Shown: positions 11,097-24,138, counted from the first letter of the whole stretch. The stretch: DNA of 63,957 nucleotides, filler included, from Lama guanicoe (GCA_013239625.1; 93 parts of 93 records of this genome joined end to end with filler, not necessarily neighbours in it); one strand, 5' to 3'. Notes: generated by a model not told the origin, from the sequence alone. Numbers and translations: made by a program.

Positions 11097-11573
11097 AAGT
11101 TACAAAGTAAGTATTTACAAACCAAAAATGCCTTCCTAGGTGTCAAATAGTTAAAAAATATAATAGCAAAAAATCTCACTTACAAAATTAACCAAAACAT
11201 AAACAATGATCTGGATTAAACTCAAAAATAAAGCCCATGTACTACATGGAGAAACTACTGAACTGTACTGAGAGGTAAAGTAAGAGCTGTGAATATAGTG
11301 ACATCAACATATTGCATGGAGGAGAGCAGTTTTGTAAAGATGAATGTTCTGCTAAAGATAATTCAAAACTTACTAAAAAATCTTATGAAAATCCTTATCT
11401 GTTTTTTTTTTAACTTGAACAAAGTATTTTAGAATTCTTCTGGAATAATAAAGTCTTAATACTATCCAAGAAAATTTGTGATGGAAGAAAGGAATCAAAA
11501 AAAAAATCACTGTCAAATATCAAATAAATTTTTACAATATGTAAGAAATAGCACTGGAGTAAGAAAGTAAGAT
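11097..11573 (+). mobile_element. Ancient L1M ORF2 fragment
   Basis: A-rich, degraded similarity to the post-RT part of L1 ORF2. Confidence 0.55.
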
Positions 11574-11673
11574 NNNNNNNNNNNNNNNNNNNNNNNNNNN
11601 NNNNNNNNNNNNNNNNNTTAATTAATTAANNNNNNNNNNNNNNNNNNNNNNNNNNNNNNNNNNNNNNNNNNNN

Positions 11674-12144
11674 TACATATAGTATCATGCCATCTGTAAA
11701 AAATGACAGTTCTACTGCTTTCTTTCCAATCTTGATTTTTTAAAATTTCTTTTTCTTGTTCGATTGCTGTGGATAGGACTTCCAATACTGCACTGATACA
11801 ATTGGTGAGACTGGACGTCCTTGTCTTGTTCCTGATATTAAAGGAAACGCTTTCAGCTTTTCATTGTTGAGTAAGATGTTGGCTGTGAGTATGTCATATA
11901 TGACTTTTACTATATTGAGCTATGTTCCCTCAATATCCACTTGGTTGAGAATTTTCATCATAAATGGATATTGAATTCTGTAAAAAGCTTTTATGCATCT
12001 ACTGTGATGATCATATGATTTTTATTCTTCAATTTGTTAACATGGTATATCATGTTGATTTGATTTGTGAATACTGAACCATCCATGTATACCAAGATAA
12101 ATCCCACTTATTGTGTATGATCATTTTAATGTATTTTTGAATTA
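11674..12144 (-). mobile_element. LINE-1 ORF2 RT fragment
   Basis: Same ORF2 region as 1650-2089 (GATTGCTGTGGATAGGACTTCCAATACTG, CTTTCAGCTTTTCATTGTTGAGTA). Confidence 0.9.
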
Positions 12145-12861
12145 NNNNNNNNNNNNNNNNNNNNNNNNNNNNNNNNNNNNNNNNNNNNTTAATTAATTAA
12201 NNNNNNNNNNNNNNNNNNNNNNNNNNNNNNNNNNNNNNNNNNNNTCTGTGAGACCGAAGATAGGATTGCTTGCAGTATGCGAGGCTCCCCCCCTCAGGGC
12301 TCTCCAAAGACGCTCTCTGTTGTCAGTGTTTAACTCACTCTTCCTGAGCTAAGAAGCTCCTCTCCTCTCACAATAGAGGAAAAGCACTATGTTCTTGGAC
12401 TAGGTCAGAAAGGGGAGATCTTAAACGGCAGACTCTCGAAAAGCTCAGATGAGCGCTTGCAATGCGATTTTAAAGAGAGCAACCCTCTTCTTTTAAGTTA
12501 GGTCTTAGAGGAAAAAAATGTACTGCACTGCATACAGATACGGTGGAGAAGGGCCACAGAAGCAGGTGAACATAGGAGGCATGAGGGCTGTGAAATGGGG
12601 AGTCAGTCACTGCTGTTTAGGGCGAGGGGAGATGATAGCCATGCGTGGAACACAGGTTCTCATATATTACGTTCCAAACCTCTCCTACTAGAGGGACCAG
12701 CCCTGTTTCCAGCAGTTCTGGGGAAATGGGAGAGTTATTTGGGCTGTGTGCTTTATTGACTNNNNNNNNNNNNNNNNNNNNNNNNNNNNNNNNNNNNNNN
12801 NNNNNTTAATTAATTAANNNNNNNNNNNNNNNNNNNNNNNNNNNNNNNNNNNNNNNNNNNN

Positions 12862-12990
12862 TCACTTAGAATGACAATCTCCAGGTCCATCCGTGTTGCT
12901 GCAAATGGCAATATTTCATTATTTTTTATGACTGATGAGCATTCCATCGTATAAATATACCACAGTGTCTTTGTCCAATCATGTATATAA
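12862..12990 (-). mobile_element. L1 3' fragment
   Basis: TCACTTAGAATGACAATCTCCAGGTCCATCCGTGTTGCTGCAAATGGCA. Confidence 0.8.
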
Positions 12991-13723
12991 TGACACTGTT
13001 CTAAACGCCTGTAACAGACTTAGAAGAGCACCAATAAATGGCAGTGGAGGGGGCGGGAAGGAGACCCTGTGTCATTACACTGTGGAACCTGGAGCCACCT
13101 CCTTAGAAGTTTGGAAGTTCACTGTAATGGTGTCCATATAAAGTGGGGGAAACGCCAAGCCACGGTATACGTTAAAAGCAAAATAAGATCTAGTGTCTAA
13201 ATAGTTGCTAAAGATTGCCATGTAGTATCATGATGTTATGTCTCATTATCTGAACAGGCGCTCAGGTGTAGTTGCTAATTTGCCGTTAAATTCTTTTAGA
13301 GTTAGAATGAGTTAAATTCTTTTAGAGTTAGTTGGTAGAAGTGATTTTTATCTTAAGAAGTAACATGAAATAATACTTTTGTCTATGAGTCACTGGGAAG
13401 TNNNNNNNNNNNNNNNNNNNNNNNNNNNNNNNNNNNNNNNNNNNNTTAATTAATTAANNNNNNNNNNNNNNNNNNNNNNNNNNNNNNNNNNNNNNNNNNN
13501 NGGACTTTAAATTAGCACCTTCTACTGTGTGCTACCCAAGTAGGACGGGATGCTTCTTTTTTGTCCCTCCATTTTGGCCTTGGAGGTAATTTGCAAATAT
13601 GAGCACTCGAGCATGTAAGTGGTCAGTTCTCCAGGGGTGGGCAGGAGATTAACTTGGTAAACTAGACCAAATTAAGTGAGTTACGCTAAGTTCCTAAGGG
13701 TGGAGTTGCCTCTTTTATTTTAG

Positions 13724-13861
13724 ATCAGCACTGATGCTTGCTGTGTTTCATGACTCACCGGACACAGTCAAGCTGCTGCTTCAGAAGCATGTTAATGCCA
13801 GTTCTCGAGATTTACACGGAATGTCTGCTGAAAGATATGCTTGTCGTAATGGTTTTAAACA
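13724..13861 (+). CDS. Internal coding exon (138 bp, phase 2-2) with ankyrin repeat, ANKRD26/ANKRD30/POTE/ANKRD7-like family
   Basis: ttttattttag|...|gtaagt; open frame SALMLAVFHDSPDTVKLLLQKHVNASSRDLHGMSAERYACRNGFK resembles POTE [39 protein letters not shown]. Not in ORF track (no start codon). Confidence 0.85.
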
Positions 13862-15338
13862 GTAAGTGTTTGCATTAAAGTGCCAGTTATCTCTAAACTG
13901 AGGTTGGAAATGACCTGTTATACTTGTTACGTGACAGGTGAGAGTTCCTAGTTGGGAGCAGGCAGTTTGGGGATGGCAGTGAGACACTCCCCATCACCAG
14001 CTGGAAACCAGCAAAAGGCCAGACTAGTGAGATGGAGCAGTGGGCACAGGGTTCTTTATCTCAGGGTTTGTAAGACCTTTATCCTTAGGGTCCTACTGGT
14101 CTCCACTTCATTCCAGTGTAAACCCTATGCATGGGTTCCAAGTAATGTCACATACCTGATTTTTCTAACTAGTTGTTTGGGTCTTGAAATGTTCAGCAGA
14201 GCAGAAAATCCTGTGTTTTCCTTTGGGGGCTGTCTTCTGTAATCTTCCTCTTGAATTTTTCAAGAACCTAAGGGATTCCCTGAGGCCACAGTGACAGTCC
14301 TCTCCCACANNNNNNNNNNNNNNNNNNNNNNNNNNNNNNNNNNNNNNNNNNNNTTAATTAATTAANNNNNNNNNNNNNNNNNNNNNNNNNNNNNNNNNNN
14401 NNNNNNNNNATTTTAATGATGGAATTTTATTGAAAACATGTACATGACAAAACTATGCATTTATCTAGATTTCTAAGGAGCAGTGCCATTTACTGACAGT
14501 TGCATTGCAGAAAATATGTCTAAGTGAAAATGGGATTATTGTTAGGACCTTAGAGCAAACAAAAAATACTTTCAGAAGCTAAATATGCAGCAAAGATGGT
14601 TGTCAGGGGGTAGCAGCTATGAAAAGCTGGGTAAGTGGTGAATTTGAACAAGTCGCCCCTCCCCAGTGGGAAGGCTGCCTTGACCACTCGTGTTACGGTA
14701 GGTAGGTGGTGGGGACAGACGGCCTTGCAGGTGTGAATCGCAGTCTTTAAAGCAATAGTCATCAGGAATCTTAAATATATACTTTAACAGAGGAGTTTTC
14801 CTCCCAGCAATTTATCCTAAGGAAATATCTAGATAATATCCAGCAAAGAAAACAACCAGGTAAGAATGTACAGGTTTTATAGCCGTATTTATCAAAAGGG
14901 TGGTAATTTACATTACTGGTTTGTTGATAAGCAGGCTCATCACAGAAAACATGATCTAATCCGGGGGAGGGACAGGAGGACAATTCTGCCACCCCAGCTC
15001 TCTCCAGCCTTTCTGTCTCATCTCTGAAGGTAAAACATTTTTTAAAAGCTGAGAAACCTTCACTGAGATCTCAACCCAAACCTTCCACCATGGGAACTAA
15101 ATATTCCTACTTATGATCAGCATATAGTGTGTCCTCTTTTGTTTCTGGTTTCTTTTGACAAATGGTTTCTTTTGCTCATCGTTAGCTTCGTGAGATTTGC
15201 TTGACTCATATTGTGAATATTCATATTGTCCATATTATNNNNNNNNNNNNNNNNNNNNNNNNNNNNNNNNNNNNNNNNNNNNTTAATTAATTAANNNNNN
15301 NNNNNNNNNNNNNNNNNNNNNNNNNNNNNNNNNNNNNN

Positions 15339-15960
15339 AACAAAGGAAATCTTTTTGAGGTTTTCAAACAAAAGAGTAACATGGTTTTGATCTTTTGAAA
15401 TAACTCAGTCTGCAATGTAGAGAGTCAATATTTGAGGCCAAGAATAGATATTAGGAGGCTGATGCTAACTCAACCCAGAGTGGCAACAGAGCTGAGAAGT
15501 TATGGGTATTTTTAAGTGTTCTAAGTGGCAAAGTGACACATACTGGAATGAATGGAATGAGGAGTGGAAGATGCCAAGACTGAGCCCCACGTCTTTGATA
15601 CGTGTAAGTGGAGGTGACCAGGTTCAGAATTAGCAGAGATGTTAAGCAAACATCTGGCAATACATGAATTTTAAACTATGAAGCAGTCCAGACTGATGCA
15701 AGATATTGGCGGTGATCAGCGCACATGTGGCCACTGGGGCCATGGCTGAAATCACCTAAGGAGACAGTATGGAGTGAGGTGTGAAGCTTTAGATTCTAGT
15801 CTGCAAAAACTCCAATATTTCAAGTTTGGTTAGAGGATGATGAACAGCAAAGGGTACCCTGGCAGAGATGTAGAGGAAGAAACAGGCTAATCTGATTGCT
15901 AGGAAGGCAAGAAACCAAATATTTCTTATCAGTCATAGGCTGCCAAGATGTTGAAACATC
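15339..15960 (-). mobile_element. LINE-2 fragment
   Basis: Purine-rich degraded L2 antisense signature (GGTTTTCAAACAAAAGAGTAACATGG, GAAATCACCTAAGGAGACAGTATGGAGTGAG). Confidence 0.65.
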
Positions 15961-16200
15961 TGCTTGATTCTAATCAGCCTCTTTTCATTTGCTTGTCCCT
16001 GAAAATAATGGGAACAAAGAAAGTGCTCACTTTCCCTCTTGACTATATATATTTTTTTTATCTTGTAGGTTAAAAATAATCAGAGTACTATCTGGTTATA
16101 NNNNNNNNNNNNNNNNNNNNNNNNNNNNNNNNNNNNNNNNNNNNTTAATTAATTAANNNNNNNNNNNNNNNNNNNNNNNNNNNNNNNNNNNNNNNNNNNN

Positions 16201-16715
16201 GTTAGAACCCACGCGATGCCGACCGTTGGTGGAACCTCCCCACGATCAGCATTCCGGAAACATTGTCAGTGCGTGGGGAGCTCGAAAGTCAACTCCCTGC
16301 AGCTCTCTTCAGTCACAGGTGTTCCCTGTTAGGGGGAATTCTGAGAAATACCTTCCCTGACCTTTGGGACGCAGCCTCTGTCACTGGGATTGCCTGCAAT
16401 TCCCCCTAGCATTCCCTGGCACAGAGACATTAGGAAAAAACCCAGGGGAGACAAGCTTAGGCATTTCGTTAGAACCCACGCGATGCCGACCGTTGGTGGA
16501 ACCTCCCCACGATCAGCATTCCGGAAACATTGTCAGTGCGTGGGGAGCTCGAAAGTCAACTCCCTGCAGCTCTCTTCAGTCACAGGTGTTCCCTGAATGG
16601 GGAAGTCAGGGAAATATCTTCCCTGATCTTGGGGAAGCAGCCTCTGTCACTGGGATTGCCTGCAATTCCCCCTAGCATTCCCTGGCACAGAGACATTAGG
16701 AAAAAACCCAGGGGA
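16201..16715 (+). repeat. ~267-bp tandem satellite, ~1.9 monomers, putative (peri)centromeric
   Basis: GTTAGAACCCACGCGATGCC at 16201 and 16468; copies identical apart from one patch near 16329-16370. Confidence 0.95.
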
Positions 16716-17789
16716 NNNNNNNNNNNNNNNNNNNNNNNNNNNNNNNNNNNNNNNNNNNNTTAATTAATTAANNNNNNNNNNNNNNNNNNNNNNNNNNNNN
16801 NNNNNNNNNNNNNNNACAGGGAGCTCCTACTAAGGCTTCTGCCTGTTGGACTGTGAGCTCCGTGGCTCCCCCACCCACACCTATGTTGAACATTTCCCTC
16901 TGCACCCCACCCATGGACAGTGAGGCTGAATGTGAAAAGTAATTACACTCCCAAATGAAGTGGCCATTTGTAATGAACTTAGGAGGTCCTCGGGGCTATC
17001 AGAAATGTGATTAGGGGATGGTATGGCTGACGGTCGACTGGTGTACAGCTGGTGGTGTGCAAAACAGCTGGTGAGTGTCTTGGAGCCTGGAAGAGGGGAA
17101 CTGCTTTCGGACTGTTCACACAGCCCAGGAAGAGAAGGTGAGAGCCTGTGGAAGGGAAGAGGGAGCCCAGAAGAGGTGCCTGTTGGGAGACACGGGAGAG
17201 AGAGAAGCATCACCACAAGGAACATCAGGACCCAGAGAGAGCAGAGGCAATTGGCCACCTTCTATTCTGCTCCCCAAGGGGTTACATTTATGGATTCTAG
17301 GAGAGCCCTCTTGTGCTTCCCTGCGCTCAGAGGAAATATTTCCCTTCTCCCATCTCTTCCCAACACTAGAAAGTCTCTTCCTCTGTCATCNNNNNNNNNN
17401 NNNNNNNNNNNNNNNNNNNNNNNNNNNNNNNNNNTTAATTAATTAANNNNNNNNNNNNNNNNNNNNNNNNNNNNNNNNNNNNNNNNNNNNCATTTTTTAA
17501 AATCTAATTACTTATGGTTAGTGCAGCTTTGAAGTCATACAGATGTTCTTCTGCATCACCTTAAAAATTTGTTTTGTGTTTATCTGTAGTATCTTTCTTT
17601 AATGTAAAGGTGTTCGTTTCCTTGTTTCTCTTATAGTTGTTGCCTAAGACAGATTTTAAATACATGAACTCTGGATCACTTAGAGATTTCTTAGACTATA
17701 GCGATGGTACAAACATAACAAAATGTTGGTAATATTTACTGACAAATGTGATTCCTGAGCTACTGTAGTACTGTTTTAGCAAAAGAGTT

Positions 17790-18020
17790 TTATTTTTTAA
17801 TTGATAGAACAGTTTATAATTATATAAGTTTCAGGCACACAACATTGTATCTCTAGCTCTGTATACACTACAGCATGCTCACCACCAGAAACTTTGTTTC
17901 CATCCATCACCATACAGTTGATCTCTTTAGTCATTTTGCTCTGCCCCCGACTTTCCACTCTGGTAACCACTACTCTGTTCTCTGCATCTATAAGTTTGTT
18001 TTTATTTGGTTTGCTTTGTT
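17790..18020 (-). mobile_element. L1 3' end
   Basis: T-rich tail, then ACTCTGGTAACCACTACTCTGTTCTCTGCATCTAT. Confidence 0.75.
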
Positions 18021-18120
18021 NNNNNNNNNNNNNNNNNNNNNNNNNNNNNNNNNNNNNNNNNNNNTTAATTAATTAANNNNNNNNNNNNNNNNNNNNNNNN
18101 NNNNNNNNNNNNNNNNNNNN

Positions 18121-18781
18121 TTCTAGAATCTGAGTAGTTTTTCCCCAGATATGGAATGTTATTTGCTATTATGTCCTCAAATAAGCTTCTTGTCCTTCCT
18201 CTCTCTCTTCCCCATAGAGTTCATATTGATCCCATAAGTCCCTTACGCTTCCTCCACTCCTTTTCATTTTTTCCGTTTGATCTTCTGATTGAACAATATC
18301 AGATGGCCTGTGTTGGAGTAAGTCCTTAGGTGAGTTGTTGTCTTTTTCAGCTGAACAAATTTCAGCTGTTTTGTTCTTTTTTATGTGTTCTATCTCTTTG
18401 TTACATTTTCATTTTATTGACGCATCATTTTCTTGAACTTATGAAGCACCTTTATCATGTTTTCAAAAAATTCTCTGTTCACGTGATATTCTCCATTTCC
18501 TCTGAATCCTGTTTCTGAGATTTATTTTGTACCTTTGTGTGAGCCGTGTTTCCTGCTTCTTTTTGTGTTTCGTGACTTTCTGTTGGGATCCAGGGACTTG
18601 AAAAAGTTGTCACTTCTCCCAGTCCTTAGGGGCTAACTTTACGTAAGTTGAAACCGTTACCAATCATCATAGCCAGAGACTCTGGGGGTCTCGACCTATT
18701 TCTTTTCATGGATGCAACTTTTCTGCGCTTGCGTAGAATTTCACAATTAGGGAAGCTTGCCAAATTCATTGCAGCAGCTAG
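18121..18781 (-). mobile_element. Old L1 ORF1/5' region fragment
   Basis: T-rich antisense ORF1-like text (CCCATAAGTCCCTTACGCTTCCTCCACTCCTTTTCATT). Confidence 0.55.
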
Positions 18782-19765
18782 NNNNNNNNNNNNNNNNNNN
18801 NNNNNNNNNNNNNNNNNNNNNNNNNTTAATTAATTAANNNNNNNNNNNNNNNNNNNNNNNNNNNNNNNNNNNNNNNNNNNNTCCTAAGTCACCAGAGCCC
18901 TGGCAACTGAACTTTGTTGGCTCACCCGATAGAGCTGCCACTCCTTCAGCCACAATCAAATAAAGCTAGCACCGTTCAGCTTGCTCACTAACACTGGCTA
19001 ATGGCTTTTACAGTGATGGATGGCATGCTGATGGGAAAGCTGTATCTACACAATAATCATAGCTGTTCACAGGAACTCCAGGAACCATGTTTTTCTTGAC
19101 GCCTAGTACATTTCAGGGTCAGTATAGATGTTTAACTAATTTACAAAATCTCTTGCCATCAGACTGAAGGAATTTATAGGTCTTTCAATATGGAACTGTC
19201 TAGTTTAAAGTGTAATTAGCAATATCATATGTGTGAAAAGTTATCCAAGTTTACTCTTGACTTCCTTTCTCTGGATGTCAGGCTATTAGCGTCAGAACAC
19301 TTGAGTAACAGTTTGTTGATATCAGAATTCTAGATACATTGTTTTTTACTATTTTTTGGCATAAAAAAATCTAAAGAACTTGATAAGGACTTCATAAGAA
19401 AGATGCAGTTCAGGAGCCTGAACAATCTCTTTCCCCACTTTCTCAATTGTCTCTTTTCCTGGACTTTCTCAGGAGACAACATGAAAAGAAGCAGCACAAA
19501 GACTCCAAAAGCACTTAATAGGCTCTTTCTTCCTTTTGGGAAAAAACATAAAGGGAATATTGTAAGATGCCAAAAACCCTTGAGATTTGAGTAAACTTTG
19601 ACTGTAGGAGACTTTATGGGTATTTACAGCTATCACAACAATAAGTCTGCCAATGACTTTTAATGNNNNNNNNNNNNNNNNNNNNNNNNNNNNNNNNNNN
19701 NNNNNNNNNTTAATTAATTAANNNNNNNNNNNNNNNNNNNNNNNNNNNNNNNNNNNNNNNNNNNN

Positions 19766-20308
19766 GTAACTCCGAATTTGCAGTGAGAGTTTGGCATTTT
19801 CCCTGGGAACCCAAACCCACTCAGCCAAAGGACACTTTCAGCAAACACTCAAGGTCTCCTGTGTAATCAGCAGTGGCCACAAATCTGCTAACAAATTCAC
19901 CAGCAGCAGGACTCACTTGAGGTATAACGTCCTTATTGCCAAATTGTTGAAATAAAAAAGAAATTAAGGCCCAGAGGAACATGCCAGTTCATAAATATAG
20001 AATTAGCTATTTTTACTACTGAGGGGAAAAAGCCCTAAATGCATGCAGATACAGCCCGTAAGTGGCCACAGAACTATAATGAGTTTTCTTCTCTATTTAT
20101 GTGGAATTAAGGCTTCAGTTTATAAACACCATCCTGCGTTTTTAGAAAACACTCAGCAGACAGTTAATTCGCACCAATAGCGACATTGTGCTCACTTTGA
20201 TATCCTGTTTTTCGTAATTTTTTTTTTAAATCAGGCTGACTCTGTTCTTATAATCCTGAATCAGAGCCTCCTACAGTTATGTAGGACCTTATGTCCGGCC
20301 CAGCACAC
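19766..20308 (+). repeat. Duplicate contig B1 (near-identical to 20409-20950)
   Basis: Same ends; a few SNPs and a 1-bp poly-T difference. Confidence 0.97.
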
Positions 20309-20408
20309 NNNNNNNNNNNNNNNNNNNNNNNNNNNNNNNNNNNNNNNNNNNNTTAATTAATTAANNNNNNNNNNNNNNNNNNNNNNNNNNNNNNNNNNNN
20401 NNNNNNNN

Positions 20409-20950
20409 GTAACTCCGAATTTGCAGTGAGAGTTTGGCATTTTCCCTGGGAACCCAACCCCACTCAGCCAAAGGACACTTTTAGCAAACACTCAAGGTCT
20501 CCTACATAATCAGCAGTGGCCACAAATCTGCTAACAAATTCACCAGCAGCAGGACTCACTTGAGGTATAACGTCCTTATTGCCAAATTGTTGAAATAAAA
20601 AAGAAATTAAGGCCCAGAGGAACATGCCAGTTCATAAATATAGAATTAGCTATTTTTACTACTGAGGGGAAAAAGCCCTAAATGCATGCAGATACAGCCC
20701 GTAAGTGGCCACAGAACTATAATGAGTTTTCTTCTCTATTTATGTGGAATTAAGGCTTCAGTTTATAAACACCATCCTGCGTTTTTAGAAAACACTCAGC
20801 AGACAGTTAATTCGCACCAATAGCGACATTGTGCTCACTCTGATATCCTGTTTTTCGTAATTTTTTTTTAAATCAGGCTGACTCTGTTCTTATAATCCTG
20901 TATCAGAGCCTCCTACAGTTATGTAGGACCTTATGTCCGGCCCAGCACAC
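20409..20950 (+). repeat. Duplicate contig B2
   Basis: Direct comparison with B1. Confidence 0.97.
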
Positions 20951-21881
20951 NNNNNNNNNNNNNNNNNNNNNNNNNNNNNNNNNNNNNNNNNNNNTTAATT
21001 AATTAANNNNNNNNNNNNNNNNNNNNNNNNNNNNNNNNNNNNNNNNNNNNACTGACTCCAAACGTTAACCATGACCTCTGTCTCAATGTATCACCTCTCC
21101 TTATATTCAGTGCTCTATATTCTTCCCTCTGATTCACCACTGTCATCACTGCCACCACCATCACTACTGCTTTCAGCTCCACATCGTGGTGATTGCTAGA
21201 CAGCCAACCCAGAGCCTCATGGCCCAGAATTTCTGCTGTCACAAACCACCTGGTGGCCAGGACAACCAATAAAATCAGAGAGCAGGGTGTAGTTGCTTTA
21301 GAACCCACCCAGTATTAGGATTGATAAGATGACAATAAGAGAAAGGGCAAAATACACACAGAGTGGGGCTCAAAGGAGTAGTTACAGAAAGAGGGGACAA
21401 TAATAGACTGTATTATTTTTCCAAACATTTGCTGCTTTTCCCTGGGAAAGCATTCTCTTTCCTGCCCCACTGCCACTCATACAATTTACACTGGGAAATA
21501 AAATGAGTGGAAGTGATTGGTGTCACTTCTGAAANNNNNNNNNNNNNNNNNNNNNNNNNNNNNNNNNNNNNNNNNNNNTTAATTAATTAANNNNNNNNNN
21601 NNNNNNNNNNNNNNNNNNNNNNNNNNNNNNNNNNAAAAAAATGTTAAATGATTTTCAGTCGTCTTTTTGTAAGTCCGCATATGCTGAAACTAGCATGTAG
21701 CTTATAAGCTAGATATTAAATTAACTTTCAATGCTATTTTCCAGCTATAAAATTGACAATTTAGTGTGGAAAATTTGGCTTCCCAGCGGGGAACAGACTA
21801 ATGACTCTGTAGACCTATTTTTGGTAATGTGTTGATGCTTGAGACCAAAATGATAAAGTCTGATATGCATTTCTTCCTCAG

Positions 21882-22009
21882 AACTGCAGGGATCACACAG
21901 GTGGCCCTTTCTGCAGTAAATGTCTTCCTGGTTTTTATGGTGATCCTACTAGAAGAACCTCTGATGACTGTCAGCCCTGCACCTGTCCACTCAGCATCCC
22001 ATCCAATAC
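21882..22009 (+). pseudogene. LAMA2: LAMA2 laminin EGF-like (LE) domain exon (128 bp) with dead 5' splice site
   Basis: ttcttcctcag|NCRDHTGGPFCSKCLPGFYGDPTRRTSDDCQPCTCPLSIPSN versus LAMA2 NCKDHTGGPYCDKCLPGFYGEPTKGTSEDCQPCACPLNIPSNN; the expected donor reads ATGAGT (22010-22015). Gene identity is strong; pseudo-exon status is inferred. Confidence 0.8.
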
Positions 22010-23704
22010 ATGAGTAACAGACTTCTCTCTCTCGTGAGTTGGGAATCCAGTTTTGCAAGTGCATTTTTGATATAATTTACCCTTTCTCTTGTCAGATATA
22101 AAGAAATAAGTATATGAATTTCTTGGAAAGATAATACGAGTTTTTGTAAATATAAAATAGTTAAAGTCATGGCTACTTACTGTGCANNNNNNNNNNNNNN
22201 NNNNNNNNNNNNNNNNNNNNNNNNNNNNNNTTAATTAATTAANNNNNNNNNNNNNNNNNNNNNNNNNNNNNNNNNNNNNNNNNNNNCAGAATTACCTCAA
22301 GACAGTGTTTTCAAGTAACTATGAGATTGCTTTTTTCTTCCCAGCACTTTTAAATCATTCTCTTGTTTACTTTGTTTTTCATTTTTTTTTAAATCTTTCT
22401 TGTTTTCATTGCAACAATATCTTAGTTCAGATGAGATACCTAGTTGACATCCCTCTTTCTTTTCCTCTCAACTGACTAGTTTTAACTAAAATTATCACTC
22501 TTCTTCTCTTTCTTTCCAAATCATGTTCCCTTCCTTCAAGTTTTGTACAATATTCCTTTCAATGTCCACATGTTAATATTTAATAAAGGTTTAGGAAAGA
22601 AAGGAAAAAAGGAAGTTACGGGAAAAGCACTGAAATAGGAATTACTCAGCTAGACATTAAAAAGGACCTGAATGTCATTATTTTCACGCCTTTGTTAAAT
22701 CCCTCAAGTACGCACTGCTATTACAAGGGTCTCAGCTGCGGGCAACCAAAAGGATACTCATGAAGACTCATGAACTCTTTCAGAGACCGCGCCATGTCAT
22801 ACGCNNNNNNNNNNNNNNNNNNNNNNNNNNNNNNNNNNNNNNNNNNNNTTAATTAATTAANNNNNNNNNNNNNNNNNNNNNNNNNNNNNNNNNNNNNNNN
22901 NNNNCCTTACTGAAGGACACGCTGGCTTAATTCACTGTCTTAAAGAAAAATCTCTCTATCATTAAAAATCTCTACCAGATTCCTTTGGCATCTATGTCTA
23001 AGTTCAAAAGTGATTACCAGTCCAAGTAGTGTGTAAATATCAATGATGGTAACAAACAACCTCCATGCTAGTCAAGGTCCTCTGAAAAGGAGAGGTCAAG
23101 AATGCAGCCAATGAACAAGAGAATCTTAGGAGAAACACTTAAGAAAGAAAATTGGAGCGGTTGGGAGAGCATTAGATCACAATTACTTTCCCAAGTTAAG
23201 GAAAGAAGTGACAAAGGAAGTTTGGGTGGAAGCATCTTAGACTGTGGCACAGGTTTAAAGAGAATTCAGCAAGGTGGTTAAGGAATCACCTGTTAGAGGG
23301 AGCCATATATCACCCCCACCATTCCCTGCCCTGCTCCATCTCCCAGTATTGGTCCTGCCCTAGTATTCCTGCCATGCTCAGTCATTGACCCTCACATGGC
23401 AATAGATTTCAGAGCCTCCAGCTAATGCTGTAAACCTGTTTCACTCCACACTGTCTATGTTTGAGAGTCACACTCCTTTGTCCACCAAGGCCACAGCTTT
23501 TTGTGTCCTAACTCTGTGCCACTCACTGCGTTAAGTACTCTGAGATCTCGTTGGATCTTCACAAAACTTATCCAATGTNNNNNNNNNNNNNNNNNNNNNN
23601 NNNNNNNNNNNNNNNNNNNNNNTTAATTAATTAANNNNNNNNNNNNNNNNNNNNNNNNNNNNNNNNNNNNNNNNNNNNTGTGCTCAAAATAAATCTTGAA
23701 ATTT

Positions 23705-24138
23705 CTGTATATTTATTTCCCATTGCTTCTGTAATAATTTACTATAACCTTAGTAGTTTAAAACATTTATTATTTAATATTTCTGGAGATGAGACATCTG
23801 AAGTCCATCCTGCTGGGATCAAGTCAAGGTTTTAGGAGGGCTCTGAGGGGAGACTTGTTTTAGTGCCTTTCTGGCATCTTGTGGGTACCCACATCCCTTG
23901 GCCTGTGGACGCTCCCTACATCTTCAGAGAACATCACTCCAATCTCTGCCTGCCACCACATCACTTTCTGTGTCCCTGTCTCCTTCTGGGGCCCCCATAT
24001 AAGGATTCATGTGATTAAATCAAACGCATCTGGATAATCTAGGATACTCCCGTCCTATCAAGAACCTTGTCTTAACTGTATCTACAAAGTTCTTTTTAAT
24101 AAAAGATAACATTCATAGGTTCTTTGGATTAGAACTTG
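23705..24138 (-). mobile_element. MaLR LTR (MLT1B/C-like)
   Basis: TTTCCCATTGCTTCTGTAATAATTTACTATAACCTTAGTAGTTTAAAACA...TAACATTCATAGGTTCTTTGGATTAGAAC. Confidence 0.75.

Noticed and set aside
16364..16763. ORFs in the 267-bp and 248-bp (24863-25284) repeats
   Set aside because: Satellite translations with repeated peptides and no homology
21798..22064. ORF-track ORFs 21798- and 21829+
   Set aside because: Wrong frames; the meaningful frame is the LAMA2 exon at 21882-22009
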